In this document: piece after piece, positions 10,437 to 21,301 of the stretch
How the letters are laid out: each line of letters begins with the position of its first letter
Position numbering within the stretch: the first letter of the stretch is position 1
Program-made: the position numbers and the translations under genes
Notes under the pieces: model-generated
What the model was told of the DNA's origin: nothing
Seen by the model: only the letters and a program-made list of their open reading frames with translations
Database searches by the model: none
Assembly: GCA_965215885.1 (NCBI GenBank)
Contig: CBDCEW010000104.1
Location: forward strand, 32,001 to 96,000
DNA: 64,000 nt
DNA from: Candidatus Moanibacter sp.
Lineage (GTDB): Bacteria > Verrucomicrobiota > Verrucomicrobiia > Opitutales > UBA2987
Reading direction: 5' to 3'

Positions 10437-11507
10437 GTGAAAAGGATTCTCGTTGCAATGTCGGGCGGAGTGGACAGTTCCGTCGCTGCCCTTTTACTTA
10501 AAGAACAGGGCTATTCCGTGGTCGGTGCCTATATAAAGACATGGTTAAACGAAGAAGACGTCTTCGCACATTGCCCATGGCAAGACGAGATTGAAGACGC
10601 CCGGACTGTTGCGGAAATTATCGGCATCGAGTTCAAAGTAATAAACCTCATAGGAGATTACCGCGAAAGCGTAGTTCAGTATCTTATCGAGGGCTATCGA
10701 AACGGTTTAACCCCCAACCCGGATGTAATCTGTAATCGCGATATCAAATTCGGCTCCTTTCTGAAAGCCGCGCGGGCCGAGAGTTTTGAAGGAGTCGCCA
10801 CAGGGCACTATTGCCGCAGAATTGTGAATCGCGACGAATCGTGTGATCTTTGGGAAGGGGCAGACAAGAACAAGGATCAATCTTATTTTCTGTCATTAAT
10901 CTCTCAACACCAACTCAGAGATGCCCTCTTCCCCCTGGGAGATCTGAATAAGCGCACGGTACGGCAGATTGCCCACGAAAACAGCCTTCCTACCGCGGAT
11001 AAGAAGGACAGCCAGGGGATCTGCTTTCTAGGAAAAGTCAGAATCGCGAATTTCCTCGAGAACTTTATCCCCGATCAGAGAGGAGAAATTGTGGACATTC
11101 GCGGAAGAATACTCGGAAATCATCGCGGTTTGCACCGCTACACACTCGGACAACGAAAGGGTATTCGAATCCCTTCCAACACGAACAGCGAAGCCTACGT
11201 TGTGGTGGCGAAAGACTTAGAACGGAATCGCCTCACGGTGGCATTTGACAGGTCGAGCTCTCCGGGTCTCTATCGAAGAGATTGCTTATTGCGTAACATC
11301 AATTTTCTTAATGAGGCGGTTTCGGAATCCCGTCGGCTTCTCGCCAAGCCCCGTTATCGCGACCCCTCCAGCACTGTAGTCTATACTCCTCTCAAAAACG
11401 GCAGCGCTAAGATCGTCTTCGATCAGCCACAGCGCGCTCTGGCCCCTGGCCAGGTGTGCGCCCTCTATGACGGCGAAAGGCTCCTGGGAGGCGGGATCTA
11501 TCAATAG
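10437..11507 (+). CDS. mnmA: tRNA 2-thiouridylase
   Basis: AMSGGVDSSV, TPNPDVICN, ATGHY, KDQSYFL, DSQGICF and APGQ motifs. Confidence 0.97.
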   Translation: MKRILVAMSGGVDSSVAALLLKEQGYSVVGAYIKTWLNEEDVFAHCPWQDEIEDARTVAEIIGIEFKVINLIGDYRESVVQYLIEGYRNGLTPNPDVICNRDIKFGSFLKAARAESFEGVATGHYCRRIVNRDESCDLWEGADKNKDQSYFLSLISQHQLRDALFPLGDLNKRTVRQIAHENSLPTADKKDSQGICFLGKVRIANFLENFIPDQRGEIVDIRGRILGNHRGLHRYTLGQRKGIRIPSNTNSEAYVVVAKDLERNRLTVAFDRSSSPGLYRRDCLLRNINFLNEAVSESRRLLAKPRYRDPSSTVVYTPLKNGSAKIVFDQPQRALAPGQVCALYDGERLLGGGIYQ

Positions 11508-11508
11508 G

Positions 11509-13221
11509 TCACAGATCCGGAGGAACGGTGGCGATTGCTTCTTCCATCGTGGTGATTCCATCTCGCACTTTCATTATACTGTCTTGATGGAGAGTGCTCA
11601 TTCCACTCGCTATGGCGATGTCTCTAATTTTCGTAGTCTCCAGTCCATCGTTTATTCCCTTAACCAGTTCTTCACTTGTTGCCATGAGTTCGTGAATTCC
11701 AACACGGTCCTTCATTCCGGATTCACCACAAGCGGGGCACCCCTTTGGATTGGCTCGAAATATCTGCCCCTCCCAATCGAGGGCTCGAGAGATGATTCGC
11801 AACTCGTTGCCTTCGGGTGAGTAGTGCTGGCGACAGGTCGTGCATACTCTTCGAAGCAACCGTTGAGCACAGACGCAGACGAGAGAGGCGGAAATCATAA
11901 AAGGTTCAATTCCCATATCGGTTAATCTCGAGACGGTGCCCGGCGCATCATTGGTGTGCAGGGTACTGAACAACATGTGCCCGGTGAGGGCGGCTTCAAC
12001 GGCGATGCCGGCTGTCTCGTGATCGCGAATTTCGCCCACGAGAATGATATCCGGATCCTGCCGGAGGTAGGCGCGTAGAGCTGCCGCAAAAGTCAATCCT
12101 ATCTTTCGATTCATCTGCATCTGGCAAAGACCGGGAAGCGTGTATTCGATGGGATCTTCCGCTGTTCGTATGCAGAGATCGGGTTTGTTAATCTCGTTGA
12201 GGGCCGAATAGAGGGTCATAGACTTACCAGAGCCGGTCGGCCCGCAGTGTAGAATCATACCGTAAGGGCGAGTGATGAGACTGCGATATACGGAGAGATT
12301 CGCTTCTGAGAATCCCAATGCCTCCAGCGGCAACGTGCTCTTTTGCTTATCGAGGATACGCATCACCGCGCCCTCTCCGTGATTGAGAGGAGCAGTTGAC
12401 ACGCGAAGGTCGACATCGATTCCTTTCTTATTGTACTGCTTGAATACAATACGCCCATCCTGAGGGAGACGCTTTTCCGCAATATCAAGATTCGCCATCA
12501 CTTTGATTCGGGACATCAAGGGCGATGCAATCTGGTTGGGGAGAGTGAGTTTCTCCTGACAAATCCCATCGATGCGCACTCTTACTCGGGTCTGATTTTC
12601 AAAGGGCTCGATGTGAATATCGCTACCTCCCGAGTAGTAGGCTTCCTCAATTATTCGATTGGCCAACTGAATGATGGGGGCGGATTCCTCTTCGAGAGTC
12701 TCCTGGCCGAATTCACCTTCTTCCAGCTCATACTCGATACCTAAGGCTTCAACAACATCTCCAAACCCGATTTCCTGCTGTGTATCCTGGTCCTCTTCCA
12801 GATTTGCGATAATGTCTCTTTCGAGAGCCAGGAGGGTAAAAACTCGTTTCCTGGTGATCTCCTGGATCTTGCTAGTGACGTTCAAATTGAACGGATCGCT
12901 CAGAGCGACCACAATGCAATCCCCTACTGCTCCCACAGGGAGAACTCTCTGTTCCCTGTAGAATTCCCTATCCAGGTATTCAAATGTCCTTTCATCGCTC
13001 TTGAAATTCCCAGCGTTAAACGGGTTCAGGCTGAATGCCTTGCTCTTAGCGACAAGAATCTGGAATTCTGAAACATCATAATCCGCCTGCAGAAGCGTTT
13101 CCATCGCGCTGCCCGACATCTCTTCGGGCGAATTGATGATTTCTTCCGCCTCTTCCTCGCTCAGGCGCCCAAGTTCTCGAAGCTTGGATACAATCGCAGT
13201 CTGGACACGTGCTAAGGGCAT
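11509..13221 (-). CDS. GspE/PilB-family secretion ATPase
   Basis: [34 protein letters not shown] and [14 protein letters not shown] motifs; CxxC...CxxC zinc site. Confidence 0.93.
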   Translation of the reverse strand: MPLARVQTAIVSKLRELGRLSEEEAEEIINSPEEMSGSAMETLLQADYDVSEFQILVAKSKAFSLNPFNAGNFKSDERTFEYLDREFYREQRVLPVGAVGDCIVVALSDPFNLNVTSKIQEITRKRVFTLLALERDIIANLEEDQDTQQEIGFGDVVEALGIEYELEEGEFGQETLEEESAPIIQLANRIIEEAYYSGGSDIHIEPFENQTRVRVRIDGICQEKLTLPNQIASPLMSRIKVMANLDIAEKRLPQDGRIVFKQYNKKGIDVDLRVSTAPLNHGEGAVMRILDKQKSTLPLEALGFSEANLSVYRSLITRPYGMILHCGPTGSGKSMTLYSALNEINKPDLCIRTAEDPIEYTLPGLCQMQMNRKIGLTFAAALRAYLRQDPDIILVGEIRDHETAGIAVEAALTGHMLFSTLHTNDAPGTVSRLTDMGIEPFMISASLVCVCAQRLLRRVCTTCRQHYSPEGNELRIISRALDWEGQIFRANPKGCPACGESGMKDRVGIHELMATSEELVKGINDGLETTKIRDIAIASGMSTLHQDSIMKVRDGITTMEEAIATVPPDL

Positions 13222-13594
13222 CTGTCTGGCTCAAGTTGATTGCTCGTCCAAGTACTCGAACTATAGGGAAATTCTCTGCTCGAATCTATTTGCACTTTGA
13301 CGAATATAGCATCCTTCTTTGGTGCATAATAATGATATCGAACGAGTGGCCAAAATTCAAATAGATGAAAATCCTCAGATTCAGGAAAATTTATATAGAT
13401 TCAGTTTCCACTAATACCTGATACGGCAACACGAGATCATCGAATGATCCACCATTGATTCTTCCTCTGTCGTTCATTGCTGTTCAGCATCCCTTCATAA
13501 TTCGTTTTAATTGCATGGGACTTAAGCGTATCATCTCTTCTTCCGACAAAGTTGACATTGCATTGGTTACTCCCAACATTCCTGGGGTTCGGTA

Positions 13595-14137
13595 ATGTTC
13601 GATTCCTCGAATTTCACGTCTGAGGCCTACGCGGGATTTCTCAGTGAACATGAATACGATGAGGGTAAGGCTTTCACTTCATTGCTCGCGCCAGTCGTTA
13701 CAAAATTCTATGAGCAATCCGAGCAAGACCCGCTCGAACCTGAACTGCGGGAGAAATTCTACCGCACGGTGTGGGAGATCAGCTCAAGTGAGGACTTTCC
13801 TGGACTGACCTCGCAGAACGACGCCGAAGAGACGGAGAAATTCGGGGAAGCCGAACTCGCTGAATGCGTCATTCAGGTCTTGGAGGAGATGAACGCACCC
13901 AGTCACCGCCACGACTTCGCCTATCTGAGCAAACTGATATTTCAAGGTATCTACGGCAGTGGCGAGAATAGCGAGACGCAAGAGGAAACAGTCGCTCCCA
14001 TTTCAAAGGAAATCTTACAGCTGCGCTATTTCATCTACCTGAAGAAACAGAATTTCGACCTAAGCTCCGATGATTTCGGTAGTTTGGAAGACGATGGGGA
14101 AGGAGAAGAGCTGGAAGCCCAGGGAGAAACAGAGTAG
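13595..14137 (+). CDS. Hypothetical acidic protein
   Basis: 180-aa ATG-started ORF with protein-like composition that fills the intergenic gap; no recognisable motif. Confidence 0.7.
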   Translation: MFDSSNFTSEAYAGFLSEHEYDEGKAFTSLLAPVVTKFYEQSEQDPLEPELREKFYRTVWEISSSEDFPGLTSQNDAEETEKFGEAELAECVIQVLEEMNAPSHRHDFAYLSKLIFQGIYGSGENSETQEETVAPISKEILQLRYFIYLKKQNFDLSSDDFGSLEDDGEGEELEAQGETE

Positions 14138-14173
14138 TCCGCTTTTCGTTGCCGGCTCTGCCGCAGTATGTGT

Positions 14174-15403
14174 TTAGCGTGCCTTTGATTGCTGGCTGCC
14201 CCGGTCTTGTGGAGGGGTTGGTAGAGACACACGGTTTATAGCAGGGAACGCGTACCTACTCTCTGTTGCGTAGAGCAAATCCGATTCCATTATCACGTTC
14301 GATGAAGAGTGTTTCAGAGCAGCCACGATACTCCCCTTCAACTCCGAGTGATTTCTCTTCCACCGTTTCCTCTTTAAATAGGTAATCGCATCGGCGCTCA
14401 ATTTGAGCGGTGTTCCCGAATTTAAACGCCGCGTTTCGGAATTTATGATTCTTTTGGCGATTATGGGGATATCCTCGCTGCAAGCGTATAGAGGAGGCAC
14501 GGCGATCTCCGTTGTGCCTAAGAAAATGTAGAAGCTTTCCCCAAGAATTTTATTATCGTAGAGTGTTTCGACATGCTCGCCGATGCAAAAGACAAAGCGA
14601 GCCAGGAACCGGTATTCGTGAAAGGGCTTCTCACCTCTTGCAATTGCGATTATCTTAATCTTCTCATCCTCCTGCAAGTTCTCAGTATCCAACACTACGA
14701 ATGTCACGACTGTCGAGGTTCCCACCTTCCATTTCGCGAAGTCTTCGAGGAGGGTTTCCCCGCTCAAACGATCGGGCGTCAACACCACCAACAGGTCACT
14801 ATCCCGGTCGCCTGTCTGTTTGCCGAAATCACAAAGATCTCTACAGATGCCTTCAAAATCTGTTCCACCTTCGCCGACAAGGAGCAGGTTTGACTTGAAG
14901 TTTCGCACTTCATGAAGCCTCCTTGCGAATTCCGCGGAGACCTCGGATAGACATGGGAAAGAATGAAACTGAAATGGAAGATTGTGTTTATCGACAAGAG
15001 TAACTGATCCGCTCTCTCCCTCGCATTCCCTATCCAAGGTAGCCCTTTCAATCAGTTCGCCGGTCTTCTTCAGTAGTGAGAAGACGTTCAGAGGCTTCAA
15101 GAAAACGCCATCCACCCCATTTTTGATGCATTCGCTGATTGTTTCGTCATCCAAGTAGCCCGAAACAATAATCACTGGCGTTTTACTCCGTATCTCCTTT
15201 ACCGTTTTGACGAATTCCTTACCTGACAAGTTCGGCATGCAGTGATCCGTTACAACCAGATCGAAATCTGTCTCCTGGAATATTTCGACCGCTTCCAAGG
15301 GGTCTCGAACGGAAGTAACCTCGTATTCCGCCTGCGTAAATACGTCGGTCAAAAGGGCATTAAAATCCCGGTCGACATCGAGAATCAGAATATTCTCTGC
15401 CAT
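14174..15403 (-). CDS. Response regulator with REC domain plus degenerate sigma-54-activator-like AAA domain
   Basis: DLVVTDHCMP, IIVSG and FLKP in the REC domain; LLLVGEGGT, VPPL..EDIP and WKRNHSEL resemble NtrC AAA motifs. Confidence 0.8.
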   Translation of the reverse strand: MAENILILDVDRDFNALLTDVFTQAEYEVTSVRDPLEAVEIFQETDFDLVVTDHCMPNLSGKEFVKTVKEIRSKTPVIIVSGYLDDETISECIKNGVDGVFLKPLNVFSLLKKTGELIERATLDRECEGESGSVTLVDKHNLPFQFHSFPCLSEVSAEFARRLHEVRNFKSNLLLVGEGGTDFEGICRDLCDFGKQTGDRDSDLLVVLTPDRLSGETLLEDFAKWKVGTSTVVTFVVLDTENLQEDEKIKIIAIARGEKPFHEYRFLARFVFCIGEHVETLYDNKILGESFYIFLGTTEIAVPPLYACSEDIPIIAKRIINSETRRLNSGTPLKLSADAITYLKRKRWKRNHSELKGSIVAALKHSSSNVIMESDLLYATESRYAFPAINRVSLPTPPQDRGSQQSKAR

Positions 15404-15405
15404 TC

Positions 15406-16401
15406 TCAGTCGTTATCGTGAATCAAGGGAAATAGTGTCCTCTTCAATCTAACAATGCCTTCGCTTGTTAAACAGGATATCGGCATAACCGCTTCCTCAA
15501 CCTCCCTCTCAAAATGAATCAAGTATGTATTAGCTTGTGGCTCGTCTATCTTATTAGCGACGATTATTCGCTTTTTTAAAGTAAGATTAGGATTAAAAAG
15601 CTCCAATTCCTTCATAAGATCATGATAATCGTCTCTCGGATTTCTCCCGTCGATTCCCGCCATATCGACGACAAAGAGTAGGAGGTGACACCGTTCAATA
15701 TGTCGCAGAAAGCGATGTCCAAGCCCCCTGTTAGCATGTGCACCCGAGATCAACCCGGGAATATCAGCGAGAGTAATACGGTCGAAATGTTCCGGATAGT
15801 CGATAACCCCGACTTGCGGTCCAAGCGTCGTAAATGGATATGGGGCAATTTTTGGATGGGCCTGAGTAAGAAGGCCGGTTAAAGAGGATTTTCCCGCATT
15901 CGGAAATCCTACCAGCCCGATGTCTGCGATGGTTTTCAAAATGAGAGTGAAACATCCTTCCATACCGGGTTGACCCGGAGTGGACTTTCTCGGGCTCCTG
16001 TTGACGGATGATTTGAAATTCAGATTACCCAGTCCTCCCTTTCCGCCTTCCAGGAGAAGGAAGCGCTGTTCATCCGCAATCAGATCCACGGCCTTTTCTC
16101 TCGTATCCTCGCTGATAACTTCCGTTCCGAGTGGAAGTCTGAGGGTGCAATTTTCCCCACCGCGCCCATTTTGATCCTTGCCGCGACCTTTTTCCCCATT
16201 TTTGGCGCGGGCATGGGGATTGAATTTGTAATCGGTCAAATCGCCCACATTCTCATCACCGACTAAGATGATATCTCCCCCTTTACCACCATCTCCTCCA
16301 TCGGGACCACCTTTTGGCCTGAATCTCTCGCGGCGAAAGCTGCTACAGCCATCGCCTCCATCCCCGGCATTGAGAACGACTCTCACTTCATCAACGAACA
16401 T
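15406..16401 (-). CDS. obgE: GTPase Obg
   Basis: MFVDE, Gly-rich Obg fold, GFPNAGKS, YPFTT, DIPG and NKID motifs. Confidence 0.97.
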   Translation of the reverse strand: MFVDEVRVVLNAGDGGDGCSSFRRERFRPKGGPDGGDGGKGGDIILVGDENVGDLTDYKFNPHARAKNGEKGRGKDQNGRGGENCTLRLPLGTEVISEDTREKAVDLIADEQRFLLLEGGKGGLGNLNFKSSVNRSPRKSTPGQPGMEGCFTLILKTIADIGLVGFPNAGKSSLTGLLTQAHPKIAPYPFTTLGPQVGVIDYPEHFDRITLADIPGLISGAHANRGLGHRFLRHIERCHLLLFVVDMAGIDGRNPRDDYHDLMKELELFNPNLTLKKRIIVANKIDEPQANTYLIHFEREVEEAVMPISCLTSEGIVRLKRTLFPLIHDND

Positions 16402-16593
16402 AACGCCTTGACTCTAAATAGATTAAGAAAGACATTCGTCAATAATGACCGTGACAAAAGATATCATGATAACCGCTCAGGAATACTACGAGTATTCCGA
16501 CGGTCCTCCCTATCACCAGCTAATAACCGGCCAGCTCATTATGTCTCCATCACCCTCAGCCTACCATCAACGAATTCTCAAGAGACTAATTCT

Positions 16594-17939
16594 CAGTACT
16601 GTCCGGTTATAAGTCAAACAACTCCAACTGTTTAGGAATGCGGTGTTCATTGAAAGTGTAATCGGTTTCTGTAAGTAGTTCAGTCATAGGAGTTTTCTCA
16701 AATAGGGTGAAGCTGAGAATCTGTAGGATTTTGTGCAAACTGATCTCCAGGCGAAGGCGTTTGCGGATGATGGCGATGAGCACATAGACGCTGACGGCAA
16801 TCCAGATTTGAGTCTTCACAGCATTCTCGGAGGTGCCGAAAAAGCTCTTGATGCGCAAGTGCTGTTTGATCCATTTGAAGAACAATTCGATCTGCCAGCG
16901 TAAACGGTAAATCTGGGTGATGATTATGGCTGGGAGGGCAAACTGGTTGGTGAGAAACACGAAGCGCTCGGAACTGTCGGGGTCGAGGTAAGTGATACGC
17001 CGGAGTCTTTCGGGGTAGGCCTTGGCAGGATAGAAGCTGACCAGGGCAACGGTCTGGTCCGAACGCAGACCGGTTGATTTGTCGACCTTTTGAGAGTAGA
17101 GGCGGCGAAACTGAAAGCCGCGGCGGGCGCGTGTGACGAAGAAAGAACCGCATTGTGCGATCCGATAGAGGCGCTCGTAATGCAGATAGGCTCGGTCCAT
17201 TACATAGTAAGCACCGGCCTCGGGGATGATGAGATCCAGAATGGCCTCGGGGATGATGAGATCCAGAATGTTTACGTCGTGAACTTTTCCATCGGTAATC
17301 TCGATAAAATAAGGGATAGAGCCTCTGAGATCGAGAAGCGTATGGACCTTCACCGCCCCCTTGTGCTTGCGGAAACGTGCCCACGGGAAGAGTGATAGAC
17401 ATAGATCGATCGTGGTGGAGTCCAGAGCGTAGAGCGTATTGTCCAGGTCGATGCCCAGATCCTCGTTTGAATACAAAGGACGAGCCATTGCGATGAGGAC
17501 CTGTGCAAAGTCGGCGTAGATGCGCCAGTCTCGTTTCTCGTTGGCATCGGCGAGCGTGCTTTTGGATACTCCGCTTCGAATCCCTGCGTGGTATAGTTTT
17601 GGTTGTACTGCCCGCAGGCAGGTTTCGATGTCGCGCAGACTCTCCCGGTAGGTCAACTCGGCAAAACCCATGCAGAGAAATTGTTCGAAGCAACTGAACT
17701 TTTGAACTTTGTAGTCGCCTCCGTAGCGTTGGACGCAACGATGGAACTGATGGCGCGGAAGATAATCTATGATTTGAGAAAAAACGAATCGACCTGTATA
17801 CATGATTTGGACCCTCGAAATTTTTGAGAGTCCACAAGGCTTTTTGCAATTTCAAGTCGAAAACAGCAGAAATCATATGTAAAATGTTGGTTATCAATCG
17901 ATTAACCTGCGTTCCTAGAAAAACAACCGGACAGTAGTG
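16594..17939 (-). mobile_element. IS4-family insertion sequence (1346 bp)
   Basis: Terminal IR CA(G/C)TACTGTCCGGTT; perfect 9-bp target duplication ACTAATTCT at 16585-16593 and 17940-17948. Confidence 0.95.
16607..17803 (-). CDS. IS4-family transposase (DUF4372-type N-terminus plus DDE domain)
   Basis: LDSTTI, MDRAY and YRLRWQIELFFKWIKQ (YREK signature); carries an in-frame 27-bp tandem duplication. Confidence 0.95.
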   Translation of the reverse strand: MYTGRFVFSQIIDYLPRHQFHRCVQRYGGDYKVQKFSCFEQFLCMGFAELTYRESLRDIETCLRAVQPKLYHAGIRSGVSKSTLADANEKRDWRIYADFAQVLIAMARPLYSNEDLGIDLDNTLYALDSTTIDLCLSLFPWARFRKHKGAVKVHTLLDLRGSIPYFIEITDGKVHDVNILDLIIPEAILDLIIPEAGAYYVMDRAYLHYERLYRIAQCGSFFVTRARRGFQFRRLYSQKVDKSTGLRSDQTVALVSFYPAKAYPERLRRITYLDPDSSERFVFLTNQFALPAIIITQIYRLRWQIELFFKWIKQHLRIKSFFGTSENAVKTQIWIAVSVYVLIAIIRKRLRLEISLHKILQILSFTLFEKTPMTELLTETDYTFNEHRIPKQLELFDL

Positions 17940-18555
17940 ACTAATTCTATCTATCGATCGCTTCGTGGAGGAGATGGAGCTTGGGGAAGTGATGATTCCT
18001 CCGCTTGATGTAGAGCTTTCAGATTACGATGTTGTCCAACCGGATCTCATCTTTGTTCATGCCGAAAATTCAAACGTGGAAATCGGTCAACGGATTGTGG
18101 GAACTCCTGATCTATTGATTGAAATTCTTTCTCCCGCGAATGCTCATCTGGATCGAACTTCTAAGCGTAAACTTTACGCCCAATCCGGAGTCAGGGAGCT
18201 ATGGTTAGTCGATCCTGAGTCAAAATCAATCGATCTTTATGATCTCCTCAATAAGCCAGCAATCCCTCTGAAAACCCTTCAGAAATCGGAGATTTTGACT
18301 TCCCCGCTTTTGCCGGGGCTGACTCTTCAGCTGGAAAAAATCTTCTAACCCGGAAATCTCACAAGATCTCCGGGTTAAATTGCAAAAGGGCACGGAAGAT
18401 ATTGAATGCAAGAATGTTATACAACATTTTCGAAGATATATCTGTCGATTCTCTATGAAACTGTGTTCCGCCGATCCACCTCCTCGGTTCTATGCCTTAA
18501 GATGCATATTGAACTACCTGGACTCCTTCAATATCTTCCGTGCCCTTTTGTTTGA

Positions 18556-18648
18556 TAGCCCGCTTTTCGTAGCCGAGAAGTGGCTAGTCGTTGGGAAGAG
18601 CAACTTGCCGCAATACCCTCCTCGAAGTTTTGTGAGAAAAGCGGGCTA
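18556..18648. mobile_element. MITE family B (TAGCCCGCTTTTC ends)
   Basis: tagcccgcttttc...gaaaagcgggcta; related copy at 54098-54197 and partial ends near 23255-23269 and 36238-36263. Confidence 0.7.
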
Positions 18649-18653
18649 ATCGC

Positions 18654-20078
18654 TCAGTATTTATAGTGAGCCGGCTTATAGGGCCCTCCCACCGGAACTC
18701 CGATATAGTCGGCTTGATCCGAAGTCAGTTTGGTAAGCCTGGCCCCGATTTTCTCCAGATGAAGCCGTGCCACTTCCTCATCGAGGTCTTTGGGCAATAT
18801 GTAAACGCCCGGTGAATATTTCTCCAGATTCTCCCAGAGCTCGACTTGAGCTAATACCTGATTGGTAAAAGAATTCGACATGACAAATGAAGGGTGGCCC
18901 GTGGCGCAACCCAGGTTAACCAACCTGCCTTCGGCAAGCAGAAATATCTCGTGACCTTCCGGAAACCGGTAGCGGTCTACCTGGGGTTTTATGTTTTCTA
19001 CAATTATTCCTGGATACATGGAGAGGGCGCTCACTTGCACCTCATTGTCGAAATGGCCGATATTACAGACGATGGCCTGGTCCCTCATTTTGGACATATG
19101 CTCGATCGTAATTATGTCGCGATTGCCGGTTGTGGTAACGTAGATGTCCGCCCAGCCCAGCGTGTCCTCCACAGTCGCCACCTTATAGCCCTCCATGGCT
19201 CCCTGAAGGGCACAAATCGGGTCGACCTCAGTCACGACGACGTTCGCGCCCTGCGAACGCAGCGCTTGAGCGCAACCCTTACCGACATCGCCGTAACCGC
19301 AGACCACCGCTACCTTACCCGCGATCATTACGTCGGTCGCGCGCTTTATTCCATCGATAAGCGACTCGCGGCACCCGTAAAGGTTATCGAACTTCGATTT
19401 TGTCACGGAATCGTTTACATTGATTGCAGGCACCAAAAGAGAGCCCTCTTCCTGTCTCTGATAAAGGCGATGGACACCTGTCGTGGTCTCTTCAGAAACT
19501 CCTCTCCACTCTTTAACAACTTCATGCCAATGGATGGGATCCTCCGAATTCACCTTTTTCAGAAGATCCTTAATCATTTGCTCTTCATCACTCTCGAACG
19601 GTTGATCAACCCATTTGCTTCCCTCTTCATACTCAAAGCCCTTGTGAATGAGCAGTGTTGCGTCTCCTCCGTCATCGATGATCAGATTCGGCCCTTTGCC
19701 GTCCGGCCAGGTGAGCGCCTGGTAGGTGCACCACCAATATTCCTCCAGGCTCTCCCCTTTCCAGGCGAAAACGGGTGTGTCCCCTATCGCGATAGCGGCG
19801 GCGGCATGGTCCTGAGTGGAAAAGATGTTGCAGCTTGCCCAACGCAGGTCTGCGCCGATCTCCTTGAGGGTTTCGATTAAAACCGCCGTCTGGATCGTCA
19901 TGTGGAGCGAGCCGGTAATCCTAACCCCGGCAAGCGGGTTCCTGGCAGCGTATTTCCCTCTTACCGCCATCAAACCGGGCATCTCCTTTTCGGCGATGCC
20001 TATTTCCTTTCGGCCCCAATCCGCCAGATTGATGTCTTTTACCTTATAGTCCTGTCCGATTTCGGTCTCAGTGCTCAT
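18654..20078 (-). CDS. ahcY: Adenosylhomocysteinase
   Basis: [37 protein letters not shown] and [13 protein letters not shown] motifs. Confidence 0.98.
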   Translation of the reverse strand: MSTETEIGQDYKVKDINLADWGRKEIGIAEKEMPGLMAVRGKYAARNPLAGVRITGSLHMTIQTAVLIETLKEIGADLRWASCNIFSTQDHAAAAIAIGDTPVFAWKGESLEEYWWCTYQALTWPDGKGPNLIIDDGGDATLLIHKGFEYEEGSKWVDQPFESDEEQMIKDLLKKVNSEDPIHWHEVVKEWRGVSEETTTGVHRLYQRQEEGSLLVPAINVNDSVTKSKFDNLYGCRESLIDGIKRATDVMIAGKVAVVCGYGDVGKGCAQALRSQGANVVVTEVDPICALQGAMEGYKVATVEDTLGWADIYVTTTGNRDIITIEHMSKMRDQAIVCNIGHFDNEVQVSALSMYPGIIVENIKPQVDRYRFPEGHEIFLLAEGRLVNLGCATGHPSFVMSNSFTNQVLAQVELWENLEKYSPGVYILPKDLDEEVARLHLEKIGARLTKLTSDQADYIGVPVGGPYKPAHYKY

Positions 20079-20094
20079 GATTTATTCGCGCCAG

Positions 20095-21261
20095 TTACTT
20101 TATCGCCTTAAGTAGAATTTTTGCCTTAGTCGTATCCTCCCAGGGCAAGCCCTTCTTGGCAAAATGTCCGTAGTGCGTCGTTTTGCGGTAAATTGGCCGC
20201 AGCAAATCCAACTGGGTAATGATATCGGCCGGTTTGAAGCTGAACACGGATCGGACTGCCTTGACAATCGCCGCATCAGAGTGCCTTCCCGTTCCAAAAG
20301 TTTCAATATGGATACTGGTTGGATTGGGGTGACCGATGGCGTAGGCAACCTGAATCTCGACCGAGTCGGCCAATCCGGCCGAAACAATACATTTCGCCAC
20401 CCAACGGCACATATAGGCCGCTGACCGGTCGACTTTGGATGGGTCTTTCCCACTGAAAGCACCCCCACCATGACGACTCCAGCCGCCATAGGTATCAACG
20501 ATGATCTTTCGACCCGTCAGTCCGCCATCCGCCTGAGGACCTCCCGTGACAAATTTACCCGTAGGATTAATAAAATACTCAGTCTTACTATTCAGCAGCC
20601 TTTTCGGCAGGACCTTATGAACGAGATTCTCAATGCAGAAATTCTCTATCTCCTCGTGATTAATTTCCGATGTGTGCTGTGTGGAAACCACTACCGAAGT
20701 AATCGCTGTGGGCTTACCGTTCTCATACTTTACGGCAACCTGAGACTTGCAGTCGGGACGCAACCACCCCACTTTTCCGCTTCTGCGGATACGAGATAAA
20801 CCGCGGCATAAGCGATGGGCAAAAGTGATGGGTGCCGGCATCATCTCAGGAGTATCCTTGCATGCAAAACCGAACATCAGACCCTGGTCTCCCGCACCTT
20901 GCTCAGCGCTCTTTCTCCCACGGACTCGCTTGGCAGCGACTCCTTGTGCAATGTCAGGTGATTGCTGTGTCAGCAGGTTCGTTATAAATACCCTATCGGC
21001 ATGGAAAACGTCAGCGTCGTAGGTATATCCAATATCGCGTATCGCCCGGCGAACAATCTGGTCATAAGCGATCTCGGCCTTCGTCGAAATCTCACCCGCC
21101 AGGATGACGCAATTGCTCTTAACAAGCGTCTCGCACGCCACTCTACTCTTTCGGTCATTAGTGAGGCAGGCGTCGAGAATACTATCAGAGATATAGTCCG
21201 CAACTTTATCGGGGTGACCCTCACTCACCGATTCTGAGGAAAATATGAAAGAGTCTGACAC
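20095..21261 (-). CDS. metK: S-adenosylmethionine synthetase
   Basis: [28 protein letters not shown] and [16 protein letters not shown] motifs. Confidence 0.98.
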   Translation of the reverse strand: MSDSFIFSSESVSEGHPDKVADYISDSILDACLTNDRKSRVACETLVKSNCVILAGEISTKAEIAYDQIVRRAIRDIGYTYDADVFHADRVFITNLLTQQSPDIAQGVAAKRVRGRKSAEQGAGDQGLMFGFACKDTPEMMPAPITFAHRLCRGLSRIRRSGKVGWLRPDCKSQVAVKYENGKPTAITSVVVSTQHTSEINHEEIENFCIENLVHKVLPKRLLNSKTEYFINPTGKFVTGGPQADGGLTGRKIIVDTYGGWSRHGGGAFSGKDPSKVDRSAAYMCRWVAKCIVSAGLADSVEIQVAYAIGHPNPTSIHIETFGTGRHSDAAIVKAVRSVFSFKPADIITQLDLLRPIYRKTTHYGHFAKKGLPWEDTTKAKILLKAIK

Positions 21262-21301
21262 TATCCAGGCCTCTCGGTTTAAAAAGGTATCCCGGTCAAT
21301 T

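Larger units (their letters stand above)
16445..18348 (+). pseudogene. Uma2-family endonuclease split by an IS4-family element
   Basis: Removing 16594-17948 rejoins MTVTKD...MSPSPSAYHQRILKRLIL with SIDRF...VVQPDL...PDLLIEILSP...GVRELWLVDP in frame. Confidence 0.9.

Noticed and set aside
16698..17897. 399-aa same-strand alternate-frame ORF overlapping the IS4 transposase
   Set aside because: Arg/Ser/Pro-rich with no motifs; most simply a codon-bias shadow of the transposase
18894..19880. 328-aa antisense ORF over ahcY (similar shadows at 58394-59227, 34986-35687 and 24791-25585)
   Set aside because: Antisense shadows of well-supported genes, with no recognisable domains
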